Source: an uncultured cyanobacterium (GTDB lineage Bacteria > Cyanobacteriota > Cyanobacteriia > PCC-9006 > JAAUQQ01). Taken from it: a stretch of DNA of 64,000 bases. Location: positions 3,347,973-3,411,972 of the forward strand of contig OY970368.1 of assembly GCA_963718615.1 (NCBI GenBank). Direction: 5' to 3'. The notes beneath the pieces were generated by a model. It was not told where the DNA came from. It did no database searches and saw nothing but the letters and a program-made list of their open reading frames with translations. Of the stretch, positions 51,714 to 61,861 are shown in pieces; position 1 is the first letter of the stretch; the number at the start of each line of letters is the position of its first letter. The translations under genes were made by a program, and so were the position numbers.

Positions 51714-53492
51714 TTACCGCATTGGTTTAGGGTAGTTCATCCGCAGCTCAGTGATCGGGGGCGTACTATCCGGTAAGGTTTTAGCCTTTTGGTAGGCCAA
51801 CCGATTGGGGGAAATCTGCCAGCGATCGACCAGATACTGGCGAATGGCTCTATAACGCTGGATGGCGATCGCCTCCGGTTCCTGACGTTCCACATTGATT
51901 TCACAGATCGTTTGCAGCTGGGGATGGTCTTGCAATAACGTGCCTAAGCGATCGAGCGCCGTCTTACTCTCCTCGGAAAGCTCCACGCCATCTAGGTCAA
52001 ACGTTAGCCGTCCGGCGATCGCCGGAATTCGCTCAAACCGAACCTGGGCTTCGGGAAATTGCAGTCGTCGCAGCAACTCTTCCGTTAGCAGCAGTCGGGC
52101 ATCGGGGTCAATCGCGCGGGGACTGAGATAAACCAACGCCACGGTCAGCGGTTGTGCTGGACTGGTGATCACGTCATAGCGCAACAGTTGAGCGGGTTCC
52201 GGCAAACTCAAACCACTCAACGCCGTTTCCACAGCATTCAGCAACTGCTGCTGACTTTCAGTCACAGAGGGCAAGGTCTCAACCACGGGTTCCGGCGGAG
52301 CCTGAATGGTGCGTTGGATCAGCTCATTGGAGGTGGTAGGAATTTCAATCAATTGCAGCAGCACCGACTCTGAGGGACGGCGTAGTCGCTCGGCAACCTG
52401 CTGGGTAAAGACCGCTTTTTCCTCCGGTGAATAGTCTCGACTGGTAAACACCGTCATTTGCAAAATCAGTTGCTTCGGTTCAATTTGGGTTGAAAGCTGA
52501 CTCAAATAGGCCCGAGGCTCACCATTGGCCGTGTTGGCAAAGCTATTCTGCCAAATGTCAGTGGCTACTCTGCGCACCTGATTGTTTTCCTGGCGGGCCA
52601 AAATATCCTTTTGTAACCGTCCGAGGGACTGGTACAGCGGCACGAGCAAAATCACGAGGGGCAGCGCGATCGCCAAAAAGCGACTGGGCAAACTTCCCAC
52701 AATCCGCAGCCGCCCCGACGCGGGAATCCGTCGCAAAAACGACAGCATCCAGCGGCTTTGGTCATCCCGCAAATGGATTTCCTTGATTTCTTTCTTCACC
52801 TCTGGCGTAGCAATATGCAAAATCGAAAACACCACCATGGCCATAAACGTAATCGCAGCCAAATTGGTGACAAATAATAAAGCCCCCCCTCGGGCGATCG
52901 GCCAGCCTTCCACCGGATTAATGCTGAGGGCAAAGCCCAGCCCATACCCTGTGACACAGAGGGGCGGCATCAGGGCGACGGCGATCGCCACCCCTGGAAT
53001 TGAAGTCACTACGCCCTTAGGCTCCTTGCAAGTGGCCACCGAGCCCAGTGCTCCGGAAAATAGCGCAATGACCAAATCCAACGCATTGGGTTGCGTCCGC
53101 GCCAAAATTTCAGCGGTTTGTTCCTTAAACGGCATTACCGCAATCAGCAGCATGGCAAACAGCACTGCCACAACACAGCTTGCGGCCAAACTGGCGATCG
53201 CCCGCAGGGCCAAGACCACATCCCCCGCCGCAAAGGCCATACCGTTGGCCAAAATCGGCCCCATCAGCGGTGAAATCAGCATCGCCCCGATAATCACCGC
53301 CGGACTGTTGAGCAATAATCCCAGCGTGGCAATCCCCGCCGCAAACAACACCTGCAGCCAGTAGCTCACATCTGTCAGCGTCACCGATTGGATCAGGTCT
53401 GTATAGAGCTCTGCTTTGCGGACGGGGGTAATGCCGAGATTGTGGGTGAGGCGATCGCGCCAATCCCTCGGCGATTGAGATTTGAGTGTCAT
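51714..53492 (-). CDS. DUF389-type integral membrane protein with large C-terminal soluble domain
   Basis: N-terminal ~300 aa multi-TM region with glycine-rich helices ('LISPLMGPILANGMAFAAGD'); ~290-aa hydrophilic C-terminus. Confidence 0.6.
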   Translation of the reverse strand: MTLKSQSPRDWRDRLTHNLGITPVRKAELYTDLIQSVTLTDVSYWLQVLFAAGIATLGLLLNSPAVIIGAMLISPLMGPILANGMAFAAGDVVLALRAIASLAASCVVAVLFAMLLIAVMPFKEQTAEILARTQPNALDLVIALFSGALGSVATCKEPKGVVTSIPGVAIAVALMPPLCVTGYGLGFALSINPVEGWPIARGGALLFVTNLAAITFMAMVVFSILHIATPEVKKEIKEIHLRDDQSRWMLSFLRRIPASGRLRIVGSLPSRFLAIALPLVILLVPLYQSLGRLQKDILARQENNQVRRVATDIWQNSFANTANGEPRAYLSQLSTQIEPKQLILQMTVFTSRDYSPEEKAVFTQQVAERLRRPSESVLLQLIEIPTTSNELIQRTIQAPPEPVVETLPSVTESQQQLLNAVETALSGLSLPEPAQLLRYDVITSPAQPLTVALVYLSPRAIDPDARLLLTEELLRRLQFPEAQVRFERIPAIAGRLTFDLDGVELSEESKTALDRLGTLLQDHPQLQTICEINVERQEPEAIAIQRYRAIRQYLVDRWQISPNRLAYQKAKTLPDSTPPITELRMNYPKPMR

Positions 53493-53523
53493 TTTTCAGG
53501 ATCCTTATAGTGTCATGCTCCTG

Positions 53524-54012
53524 CTAATGCCACCCTTGATCCGCCTGATCGAGGACGTATTGGGCCACGGTTTTGATGTCCTCCGGGGAGAGGCGATCGC
53601 CAAAGGCCGACATAATCCCTTTTCCCTGGGTGATCAACGGTATCATCGTCTCTAAAGAATCCACCTGATAGCGCTGAAGCGCCTTGAGTTTGAGGGTTTT
53701 ACCCCGCCGAATAATATTGCCCCCACCGGGATGACAACCGGAACAGTGCAGATCAAATAGGACTGCGCCGTTATCGTGCGGATTATCGTGCGGATGGGCC
53801 AGCTCCGCCGCTTCAACCCCTAAATCCAGCCCCAGGCTTAGACCTATCCATATCCCAAAGCAGACCCCCAGCCAGCCCGTCAGCCAGAGGCCCAGTCCCA
53901 TGCCCCGGCTCAACCGCCGACCCCATTTGCGCCAGACCCGCTCCCTTGTTTGACCCATGACGGCTCGCTCCCTTGTTGCGCTTAACATCAGTGATACGCT
54001 TAATGAGGCCAT
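53524..54012 (-). CDS. c-type cytochrome (c6/c553-like) with N-terminal membrane anchor
   Basis: Haem-binding 'CSGCH', distal Met in 'GIMSAFG', preceded by a TM segment. Start placed at the ATG giving 'MASLSV'; ORF track extends to 54105. Confidence 0.7.
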   Translation of the reverse strand: MASLSVSLMLSATRERAVMGQTRERVWRKWGRRLSRGMGLGLWLTGWLGVCFGIWIGLSLGLDLGVEAAELAHPHDNPHDNGAVLFDLHCSGCHPGGGNIIRRGKTLKLKALQRYQVDSLETMIPLITQGKGIMSAFGDRLSPEDIKTVAQYVLDQADQGWH

Positions 54013-54470
54013 GACACTCGCCCTATTGCAACCCCAGGGGTTATTAAGTCGTGGAATTTGCTGACACCGGAAACCTTGACATGGGGCAATTGTATACAAT
54101 CGCATAGAGTGTAAAATATGACATTTTGCGGATGCATTTAGTCTCGATTTACCCTCATAAACCCACCGGATAGATGATTCAGTGGGTTTGTCGCCTATTC
54201 CTATTAATCTTTGGCCAAATTAATATCCTTCGCGGTACATTGAAGGGCACTACGCAAAGCTAGAGTTACTTTTGTGGCTCAAGTTTTTCGGTGCGTTGGA
54301 ACGCATCCCGTTGGGATGATTGAGCGGCGATTAGCCGGTGTAATCATTTAACTTCGGGGTTTTGGGTCGTTCCAAAACGATGAAGCTAGGGCACACTTCA
54401 ATCGTGGCCCCGTGTATGACGTTGCTGGCGTCCTATTCGCTGCTTTGTTCTTTGTGCCAAGAGTCAGGAC

Positions 54471-55928
54471 ATGCTATCCCTTTCTAAAACGATCGCTCCC
54501 GATCCCCATAGACTTTTAGATCAGATTAATGTTTCTGCTGATTGGGTTGGACTGCGGGTCGTTAAAACCACAGAAACCCGACGGCGCGTTCGAGATGGCA
54601 AGCCCCAGGACAATAGTCGGCGGATGGGCTACGGTGCCATGGTTGAGGTTCTCCATCGAGGACAAATGGGCTACGGTGCCACGAGCTCGCTCTCGCCAGA
54701 GGCGATCCAAGCTGCTGCGGTGACCGCCAAGCTCCAAGCCGAATCAGCCTATCAGTGGTCCTTGGCTCCCTTTACCCCCCAGGTGCGACCTCGGGTAGTT
54801 GGACAGTTTGTCTCGGAGGTGGGGCAGGGATTAAAAGGTCTCAGCCCTCGGGAGATTAACGAACTGCTGATGCGGGTCTGTTACGGCCTCAAGGTCTCGG
54901 ACAAAATTGTTCAAACCAGCGCCACGGCGATCGCCACCGAGCGAGAAACCTGGTTTGTGAGCAGCAATGGTTCAGATATCTATCAGCATTTTACCTCCGT
55001 GACCACGGATTACGATGCCACCGCCACAGCAGGATTGATTACCCAGAAACGCAGCGCCAATGGTTGGTTTGCGCGGGCCTATCAAGGGGGGTGGGAGCGG
55101 CTGATCAACGACGCACTCTGGGACCAGGTTCAGCAGGTGGGCGAACAGGCCGTTGAGCTGTTGAGCGCGCCGGAATGTCCCGATGAAACCCTGACGCTGG
55201 TGCTGGCTCCGGATCAGATGATGCTGCAAATTCATGAAAGCATCGGTCATCCCCTAGAGCTCGATCGCATTCTGGGTGACGAACGCAACTACGCCGGGGG
55301 CAGCTTTGTCAAACCGGCGGATTTTGGTCAACTGGCCTATGGTTCGGCGCTGATGAATGTGACGTTTGACCCCACGGTACCGGGAGAATTGGCCAGCTAC
55401 CGATTTGACGATACCGGAGCCGCAGCGGAGCGCCAATATCTGATTCGCAATGGCATTTTGCAACGGGGGTTGGGGGGCCTCGAAAGTCAGACCCGCAGCA
55501 ACTTACCCGGTGTGGCCTGTGCCCGAGCCTCCTCCTGGAATCGTCCCCCCATCGATCGCATGGCTAATCTCAATATTGAGCCGGGGGAGACCTGCTTAGC
55601 GGATCTGATTGGCGGGGTTAAACGCGGTGTCCTCATGCAATCGAATCGCTCTTGGTCCATTGATGATCAGCGCTATAAATTCCAGTTTGGCTGCGAATAT
55701 GGCCAACTGATTGAAAATGGCGAAATCACCCAAACCGTTCGCAATCCCAACTACCGCTCAACTACGCCTGACTTTTGGCGCAGTCTGGTGCAGGTGGGCA
55801 ATCGCGACACCTGGGAAGTCTTCGGAACCCCTATGTGCGGCAAAGGGGAACCCAACCAAATTATCTGGGTTGGCCACGCGGCCCCCGTCTGCGCCTTTGA
55901 GCAGATTGAAGTGTTTGGCGGCGGATAA
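54471..55928 (+). CDS. tldD: TldD-family metalloprotease
   Basis: 'HESIGHPLELD' (HExxxH) and TldD-like C-terminus. Confidence 0.85.
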   Translation: MLSLSKTIAPDPHRLLDQINVSADWVGLRVVKTTETRRRVRDGKPQDNSRRMGYGAMVEVLHRGQMGYGATSSLSPEAIQAAAVTAKLQAESAYQWSLAPFTPQVRPRVVGQFVSEVGQGLKGLSPREINELLMRVCYGLKVSDKIVQTSATAIATERETWFVSSNGSDIYQHFTSVTTDYDATATAGLITQKRSANGWFARAYQGGWERLINDALWDQVQQVGEQAVELLSAPECPDETLTLVLAPDQMMLQIHESIGHPLELDRILGDERNYAGGSFVKPADFGQLAYGSALMNVTFDPTVPGELASYRFDDTGAAAERQYLIRNGILQRGLGGLESQTRSNLPGVACARASSWNRPPIDRMANLNIEPGETCLADLIGGVKRGVLMQSNRSWSIDDQRYKFQFGCEYGQLIENGEITQTVRNPNYRSTTPDFWRSLVQVGNRDTWEVFGTPMCGKGEPNQIIWVGHAAPVCAFEQIEVFGGG

Positions 55929-56023
55929 TTCGGCTGAGCCCGGATCCCTTCGGCTCCGGTCCTCTGTCGTGTCTCTCCGTTTTTCGTCTTTTTGCTTCGT
56001 CGGTTCGCTTTCGTCTTCTGGCT

Positions 56024-56060
56024 ATTCCCTTCTGGCCATTCCCTTCTGGCCATTTCCTTC
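56024..56060. repeat. Intergenic tandem repeat, 2 copies of a 14-bp unit (attcccttctggcc) plus a partial copy
   Basis: Read directly in the tldD/pmbA spacer. Confidence 0.8.
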
Positions 56061-56162
56061 CTTCACCTAGCACTCTCTGTTGTAAGAACTCCCGTGCTCA
56101 ATACTGGATCCCCTGACCTGTCTCCTGTCTCGGCTGCATTGCCCCTTGAACGTTCGTTTCCC

Positions 56163-57509
56163 ATGAATGCGAAAATTTTGGAGCGATGGGAAAAAACCTT
56201 CTATCGCCTCAGCGATGCGCTTCAAGAGGCCTGTGCTGCGGGCGAAGCGTTCACCCTGGCGCTCACTGCCGAAGACAGTCAATTTACTCGGTTTAACCAA
56301 GCCCGCGTCCGCCAGACGGGTAATGTCTGTGGCGGCACCCTCAAGCTTACCTGGATCTGCAATCAACGCACCTGTAGCGAATCCATTCCCTTTAGCGGCG
56401 AGTGGGAGCAGGACTGGGACTGGGTTCAGCAGGCCCTAGCCCGATTGCGGCAGGAAGTGTTGGAACTGCCCGAGGACCCCTATTTGGTGTTGCCCCAGGG
56501 TCAGGCCCAGAGTCGGGCGGTCTACCTGGGGAAGTTGCTGCCCCAGAAACGGGCGATCGCCGAACTCCTCGGTCCGGTGCAAGGCTTGGATTTTGCCGGA
56601 ATTTATGCCGCAGGGCTTTCGGTTCGAGCCCAGGCGGATTCGGCAGGGCAACGCCATTGGTTTGCCACCGAGTCCTTTACGCTGGATTATTCGCTGTTTA
56701 ATGAACAAAATCGGGCGGTGAAAGGGACGTTTGCCGATCGCACCTGGGATGGTAAAGCCTACCGGGCCAATGTGACGCGATCGCGAGAACAGCTTGCCCT
56801 GCTCAACCGACCGATCAAAGTGGTTTCCAAGGGGAAATACCGCACCTATCTGGCTCCGGCAGCGGTTTCAGAATTGATTTTGATGCTCTCCTGGAGTGGC
56901 CTCAGCGAAGCCGCCATTCGCCAGGGGGGCAGCCCCATAGAGCACCTGCGAACCGGACGCCGAGCGCTTTCGCCCCTGTTTACGCTGCGGGAGAACTTTA
57001 GCCGAGGGCTGGTGCCCCAGTTTAATGGCGATGGCGACATGGCTCCAGATAACTTGCCGCTGATTGCACAGGGACGACTGGTGAATACGCCGATTAATGG
57101 CCGCACGGCTCAGGAATACGGGCTGCAGTCCAACGGAGCCATTGGCAGCGAGGATTTGCGCGCCGCTGAGGTGGATGCTGGAACCCTGGATCCTAGGGAG
57201 ATTCTCCAGGCCCTCGACACTGGATTATATTTATCGAATTTGCACTATCTCAATTGGAGCGATCGCCCCGCAGGCCGCATCACCGGTATGACCCGCTACG
57301 CCTGTTTCTGGGTCGAAAAGGGCGAAATCGTCGCCCCCATTGAAGATCTCCGCTTTGACGACAGCCTGTTTAACTTTTGGGGGGATAACCTGATCGCCCT
57401 GACCCGTCAGCAGGAACTGGTGCCTGCGGTCGATACCTATGACCATCGGGATCTGGGCGGAACTTGGACGCCGGGGATGCTAGTGGAAGACTTTACCTAT
57501 ACACTTTGA
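56163..57509 (+). CDS. pmbA: PmbA/TldE-family protein (TldD partner)
   Basis: TldD/PmbA-like fold without the HExxxH motif, directly downstream of tldD. Start placed at the ATG giving 'MNAKILERW'; ORF track starts at 55992. Confidence 0.8.
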   Translation: MNAKILERWEKTFYRLSDALQEACAAGEAFTLALTAEDSQFTRFNQARVRQTGNVCGGTLKLTWICNQRTCSESIPFSGEWEQDWDWVQQALARLRQEVLELPEDPYLVLPQGQAQSRAVYLGKLLPQKRAIAELLGPVQGLDFAGIYAAGLSVRAQADSAGQRHWFATESFTLDYSLFNEQNRAVKGTFADRTWDGKAYRANVTRSREQLALLNRPIKVVSKGKYRTYLAPAAVSELILMLSWSGLSEAAIRQGGSPIEHLRTGRRALSPLFTLRENFSRGLVPQFNGDGDMAPDNLPLIAQGRLVNTPINGRTAQEYGLQSNGAIGSEDLRAAEVDAGTLDPREILQALDTGLYLSNLHYLNWSDRPAGRITGMTRYACFWVEKGEIVAPIEDLRFDDSLFNFWGDNLIALTRQQELVPAVDTYDHRDLGGTWTPGMLVEDFTYTL

Positions 57510-57551
57510 AGATTCCTTTTGTTGAATCATCGGGTAATAGGACAAAAAACC

Positions 57552-58661
57552 ATGGCAAAGCAGCGGGTTGGGCTTCTCTTCGGCGGTCGTTCCGGAGAAC
57601 ACGAGGTTTCCATTACATCGGCACGGGCGATCGCCACCGCCCTCACCGACCCCCGCGAAGGTAGCCCCAGCAATGCCGAAAAATATGAACTTCACCCGTT
57701 CTATATTCGCAAAGACGGCGTTTGGCTGGCCGGGGCAGCGGCCCAAGCGGTTCTGGATTCCGGCCAGCCAGTTGCCTGCGATGATCGCCCCGCTAACCCG
57801 GCTCAACTCTGGCAGTTTCCGGCTGCGGTGGCTGACGTTGACCTCTGGTTTCCGATTTTGCATGGCCCCAATGGGGAAGACGGTACGATTCAGGGATTGT
57901 TGCAACTGATGCAGGTTCCCTTTGTCGGTTCCGGGGTCCTCGGATCCTCGGCAGGTATGGACAAAACGACAATGCGGATGATTTTTGCCCAGGCCGGGTT
58001 GCCCCAGGTGAACTATTTGGATGTGGATCGCGCCGAAGTCTGGTCCGACCCTTGCCGCTATACCCATCTGATTGAGCAGATCGAAGCAAAACTGGGGTAT
58101 CCCTGCTTTGTCAAACCGGCAAACTTGGGATCTTCGGTGGGGATTGCCAAGGCCAAAACCCAAAAAGAGCTGGAAGCCGCCCTCGATAGCGCTGCTAGTT
58201 ATGATCGCCGTCTCATGGTCGAAGCCGGACTCCAGGGGATTCGCGAAGTGGAATGTGCGGTCCTCGGTAATGATTTTCCCAAGGCGTCGGTGATTGGTGA
58301 GATTACTTACGATGCCGAGTTTTACGATTATGAAACCAAATACACCGATGGTCGTGCCCAACTGATTATTCCAGCGGATTTGCCTCCGGCCCTGGTGCAG
58401 AAAATCCAGGAGATGGCGATCGCCGCGTTCAAAGCCGTCGATGCCGCTGGCCTTAGCCGGGTGGACTTTTTCTATCTAGAATCCACAGGTGAAGTTTTTA
58501 TCAACGAGATCAACACCCTGCCCGGATTCACCGCCTTGAGTATGTATCCCCAACTGTGGCAAGCAACTGGGGTATCCTTTCCGGCCTTGGTCGATCGATT
58601 GGTGCAGTTGGCGCTTGAACGTCAGGGAAATACTGCCCCTGGGCCAACAGCCAACGGCTAA
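57552..58661 (+). CDS. ddl: D-alanine--D-alanine ligase
   Basis: '[16 protein letters not shown]' N-terminus and ATP-grasp motifs. Start placed at the ATG giving '[12 protein letters not shown]'. Confidence 0.9.
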   Translation: MAKQRVGLLFGGRSGEHEVSITSARAIATALTDPREGSPSNAEKYELHPFYIRKDGVWLAGAAAQAVLDSGQPVACDDRPANPAQLWQFPAAVADVDLWFPILHGPNGEDGTIQGLLQLMQVPFVGSGVLGSSAGMDKTTMRMIFAQAGLPQVNYLDVDRAEVWSDPCRYTHLIEQIEAKLGYPCFVKPANLGSSVGIAKAKTQKELEAALDSAASYDRRLMVEAGLQGIREVECAVLGNDFPKASVIGEITYDAEFYDYETKYTDGRAQLIIPADLPPALVQKIQEMAIAAFKAVDAAGLSRVDFFYLESTGEVFINEINTLPGFTALSMYPQLWQATGVSFPALVDRLVQLALERQGNTAPGPTANG

Positions 58662-59613
58662 GGGACTGCCAAGCCTGCCCCTGAAGCAGGGCATCGAGAT
58701 CGAGGGGATCCTGGCAAGCTGCGGAAAACTGGGCAAAGCATTCGGCCCAATCCATCAACGTTGCAAGGGGGGAACGGTGGGAAAAACCATAGGCCTGCTG
58801 GAGATAATTCACCATGGCAGACGGATGTCCCGTGCGATAGAGATACCAAGCGGCCCAGGTGAGTGTGCCGTAGCGAATCCGTTTTTCGATGAGTCGGGCT
58901 GCGACGGGTAGGTTGGGGTGGTTAAAGGTTTTGTCTAGGAGTTGGGCCAGACATTGGGCCTGAACTAAGCCATTGCCCATGGCGCTGCTGCCGTGCTGTC
59001 GATAGGCGGTGGTGATCTGGGTGAGCCAGCGACTTTGGCAACCGGCGATCGCCAATCGCAACACCAAATCCACATCTTCCGCCGCTGCAAACCGGGGATC
59101 AAATCCTCCAACCTGCAAGAGCTGATCTCGCCGAAACATCATGGCACTGGGCAGAACAGGCTTAAATTGCAACCAGGTGTTTAGATCTAAAACGGGGTAA
59201 TCTTCCCAAGGCTTGACCTCCGTGAGATGTTGGCCTTGGGCATTCACCCGTTGCCAACCGCTATGAACTAGCCCTGTGTCTGGATAGGTTTGAAAGACCT
59301 GAAGCTGGTTCGCTAGCTTGTTGGGTAGGTAATAATCATCGGCATCTAAAAATGCAATAAACCGTCCCCTGGCGACTTGAATTCCATGATTGCGAGCCGC
59401 AGAAACCCCTTGATTTTGCTGACGGATATACCGCAGGTTTTGAGCGTAGGGTTGAATCGCCTGAGCTGTTCCATCCGTTGAACCATCGTCAATCACAATG
59501 AGTTCAAAGGAGCAGTTTTGTTGGGAGAGAACGCTGGCGATCGCCGTTTCAATATAGAGTTTACAGTTATGGACTGGAATAATGACACTGATGTCGGGTG
59601 CAGATGCAATCAC
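58528..59613 (-). CDS. Family-2 glycosyltransferase
   Basis: '[23 protein letters not shown]', '[11 protein letters not shown]', 'AFLDADD' (DxD). GTG start. The 3' end overlaps ddl by 134 bp. Confidence 0.8.
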   Translation of the reverse strand: MIASAPDISVIIPVHNCKLYIETAIASVLSQQNCSFELIVIDDGSTDGTAQAIQPYAQNLRYIRQQNQGVSAARNHGIQVARGRFIAFLDADDYYLPNKLANQLQVFQTYPDTGLVHSGWQRVNAQGQHLTEVKPWEDYPVLDLNTWLQFKPVLPSAMMFRRDQLLQVGGFDPRFAAAEDVDLVLRLAIAGCQSRWLTQITTAYRQHGSSAMGNGLVQAQCLAQLLDKTFNHPNLPVAARLIEKRIRYGTLTWAAWYLYRTGHPSAMVNYLQQAYGFSHRSPLATLMDWAECFAQFSAACQDPLDLDALLQGQAWQSLSRWLLAQGQYFPDVQAPTAPIDRPRPERIPQLLATVGDTYSRR

Positions 59614-59779
59614 TGCGAGTTTAGAAATAGTGAGAATGGAACAACAGGATTAAACAACAGGGTTGAACAGCAGACTAGGCTTGCCAAGACAGTTTGCCCT
59701 CGCAAGCCTAGTCTTTGTCTTTAAAGACGTTCAAAAGCAGCCAAAGGTTCCTTGAGAGGAAACCACAGATCCTAGAAAG

Positions 59780-60358
59780 TTAGGCGGCTTGCTCTTGCTT
59801 GCGGCGCAGACGACGACGCATGGCACCACCCATGGCAATTACACCGGGCAACAGTGCAGGCGTAGGAACTGCCGTTGCGGGTTGAATGCTAGTTTGCCAA
59901 TTTCCGAATACATCGTCTTCAACAAAGGAAGATCCACCTGGTAAAGTCGCTTGGGCGAAAATAGGACCATTGAAGTTGAGTGCAGCCGTAATATTGGGGT
60001 CAAACATGCCCTGAAAACTTAGATCTAGGCCAGTTCCATCCAGCGTAAAAATGGCTGACGTAATTGGATTATTGATCAGCTTCAGTGAAAAAGGACTTCC
60101 CCCAACACTGCCACTTAAATCTTGCAGAAGAGCCGAAAGATTAGTGAGGTTCGCAACGCGATTGCCATCAACAATATCACCAGTTACCGTTCCCGAGATT
60201 AGGAGTCTTTGACCCAGATCAGGTGCTTTGAAATCATTATTGTACTCGTAGGAGAAATTGATGACGCTGGCAGCCTCTGCACTACCAACACTCAAAGTCC
60301 CATAGGCCACCGTGGCCCCAACAACGACGGTAAATACCGCTTTTGCAGCTATTTTCAT
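59780..60358 (-). CDS. PEP-CTERM sorting-domain secreted protein
   Basis: Signal peptide 'MKIAAKAVFTVVVGATVAYGTLSVGSAEA'; C-terminus 'VPTPALLPGVIAMGGAMRRRLRRKQ' (P-x-P, TM helix, basic tail). Confidence 0.7.
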   Translation of the reverse strand: MKIAAKAVFTVVVGATVAYGTLSVGSAEAASVINFSYEYNNDFKAPDLGQRLLISGTVTGDIVDGNRVANLTNLSALLQDLSGSVGGSPFSLKLINNPITSAIFTLDGTGLDLSFQGMFDPNITAALNFNGPIFAQATLPGGSSFVEDDVFGNWQTSIQPATAVPTPALLPGVIAMGGAMRRRLRRKQEQAA

Positions 60359-60941
60359 CGAAAACAATCCTCAGCTAGCTAAAACGCACAGACAAAAATC
60401 AGGCCAGCAGATTGAAATAGCAACGCGAGCATCTGACTTACGAAAGCACCGATCCAGGAAAGTCATTGTTGTGCGCAAGCTTTTCCTATACACCTCAACA
60501 ACCGTCGCCATCGTAAGTAAACCAATGATTCGCGTTCTTCTCAAAACCGCTGACTACAAGAAACCTGACAAAACCTATGTACGGTAGCACACCAAACGAG
60601 ACCCCTTATGGCTGGCGTCCCATTAAACTCTGCACAGCAGCATAACATGGGCCTCAGCTCCAAGACCATGTGACGATTATGGCACTCACGAAAGCTTTAA
60701 GAAACAGTAAAATTACGCTCACAGAAGGGATATTATCGGAGACTCCCCTTGCGATTCCTCTGGCCGTAAAGTATCTTAACTGACAGGCACCTCAGCCACT
60801 ATCTAATTTTGTGCGCAAGTAAGTATCGCCGCATTCCCGTTCCTTGGCTGAATCGCTAGGGACTTGAGGTGCGGTTCTCTCTGAGTCATGGGCATTTCTA
60901 TCGCAAGTTGATTGTGAAACCTAAGGGAGAACCCAAGTACA

Positions 60942-61676
60942 ATGTCAATTGTAGTCAATGAAACTACGCCACAGTCTTCTGTCGGTAATGATGCAGGCGG
61001 CCAGACGATTACTGGCAAAGCAGGAGAAATCAACCGCATCAACGGCTCAACTGGTGACGATAACTACATTGGAGGTAGTAATACTGATCAGGTTGATGGC
61101 GGTCTAGGTGACGATGAGATTTTAGGTGAGGGAGGTAACGACCTGCTGTTTGGCGGTGCTGGTGACGACCTGCTGAGCGGGGGAGCGGGCCGAGATTTGC
61201 TAGAGGGCGGCACGGGTAACGATAAGTTGTCCGGTGGAGATGACAAAGACTTCCTTCGCGGTGGCTTTGGTGATGATGCTCTCTTTGGCGATGCCGGAAA
61301 TGACTCTCTCTACGGCGATGCTGGCGATGACATTCTGGATGGAGGCCTTGGCAACGACTTCCTCAGTGGGGGTGGGGGTCAAGACTGGCTGAAAGGTGGT
61401 GAAGGCGATGACGTTCTGATAGGGGGTGCAAATAGCGACATCCTTGAGGGTGGCGCAGGTAAAGATACCTTCATCTTTGATGTCAGCGAAACGGGTGTCG
61501 ACCAAGTACTCGACTACAGCCAAGCTGAAGACGTGATTCGGATCTTGGGTGTTACAGATCCCAACAGCGTTACCTACAACGCCAATAACGGTGTTGTCTC
61601 GGTTAATGGTCAAGCCATCTTCAAGCTTGACACAAATCTGACCCTTAATCCTCAAACCGATTTTGAGCTGTTTTAA
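60942..61676 (+). CDS. RTX (hemolysin-type calcium-binding repeat) protein
   Basis: At least 12 consecutive GGxGxDxLx nonapeptides; C-terminal 'DTFIFD' region. Confidence 0.8.
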   Translation: MSIVVNETTPQSSVGNDAGGQTITGKAGEINRINGSTGDDNYIGGSNTDQVDGGLGDDEILGEGGNDLLFGGAGDDLLSGGAGRDLLEGGTGNDKLSGGDDKDFLRGGFGDDALFGDAGNDSLYGDAGDDILDGGLGNDFLSGGGGQDWLKGGEGDDVLIGGANSDILEGGAGKDTFIFDVSETGVDQVLDYSQAEDVIRILGVTDPNSVTYNANNGVVSVNGQAIFKLDTNLTLNPQTDFELF

Positions 61677-61861
61677 GCCTCTGATCCTATGATTGCCGAA
61701 GGCGCGATCGCGCTATCCTGTGTTTCCTGCTGTGTTCCCTAAAAATCGGTGGTTTAGTCTTCCTGTTACTGGCTGTATAGGTCTGAAGATCTCTCTACCT
61801 ACTCAGCCAGTTCCGGGCAGTATTCAGGCAGATCGATACCGAAGACCGCGAAAGCAAAATT

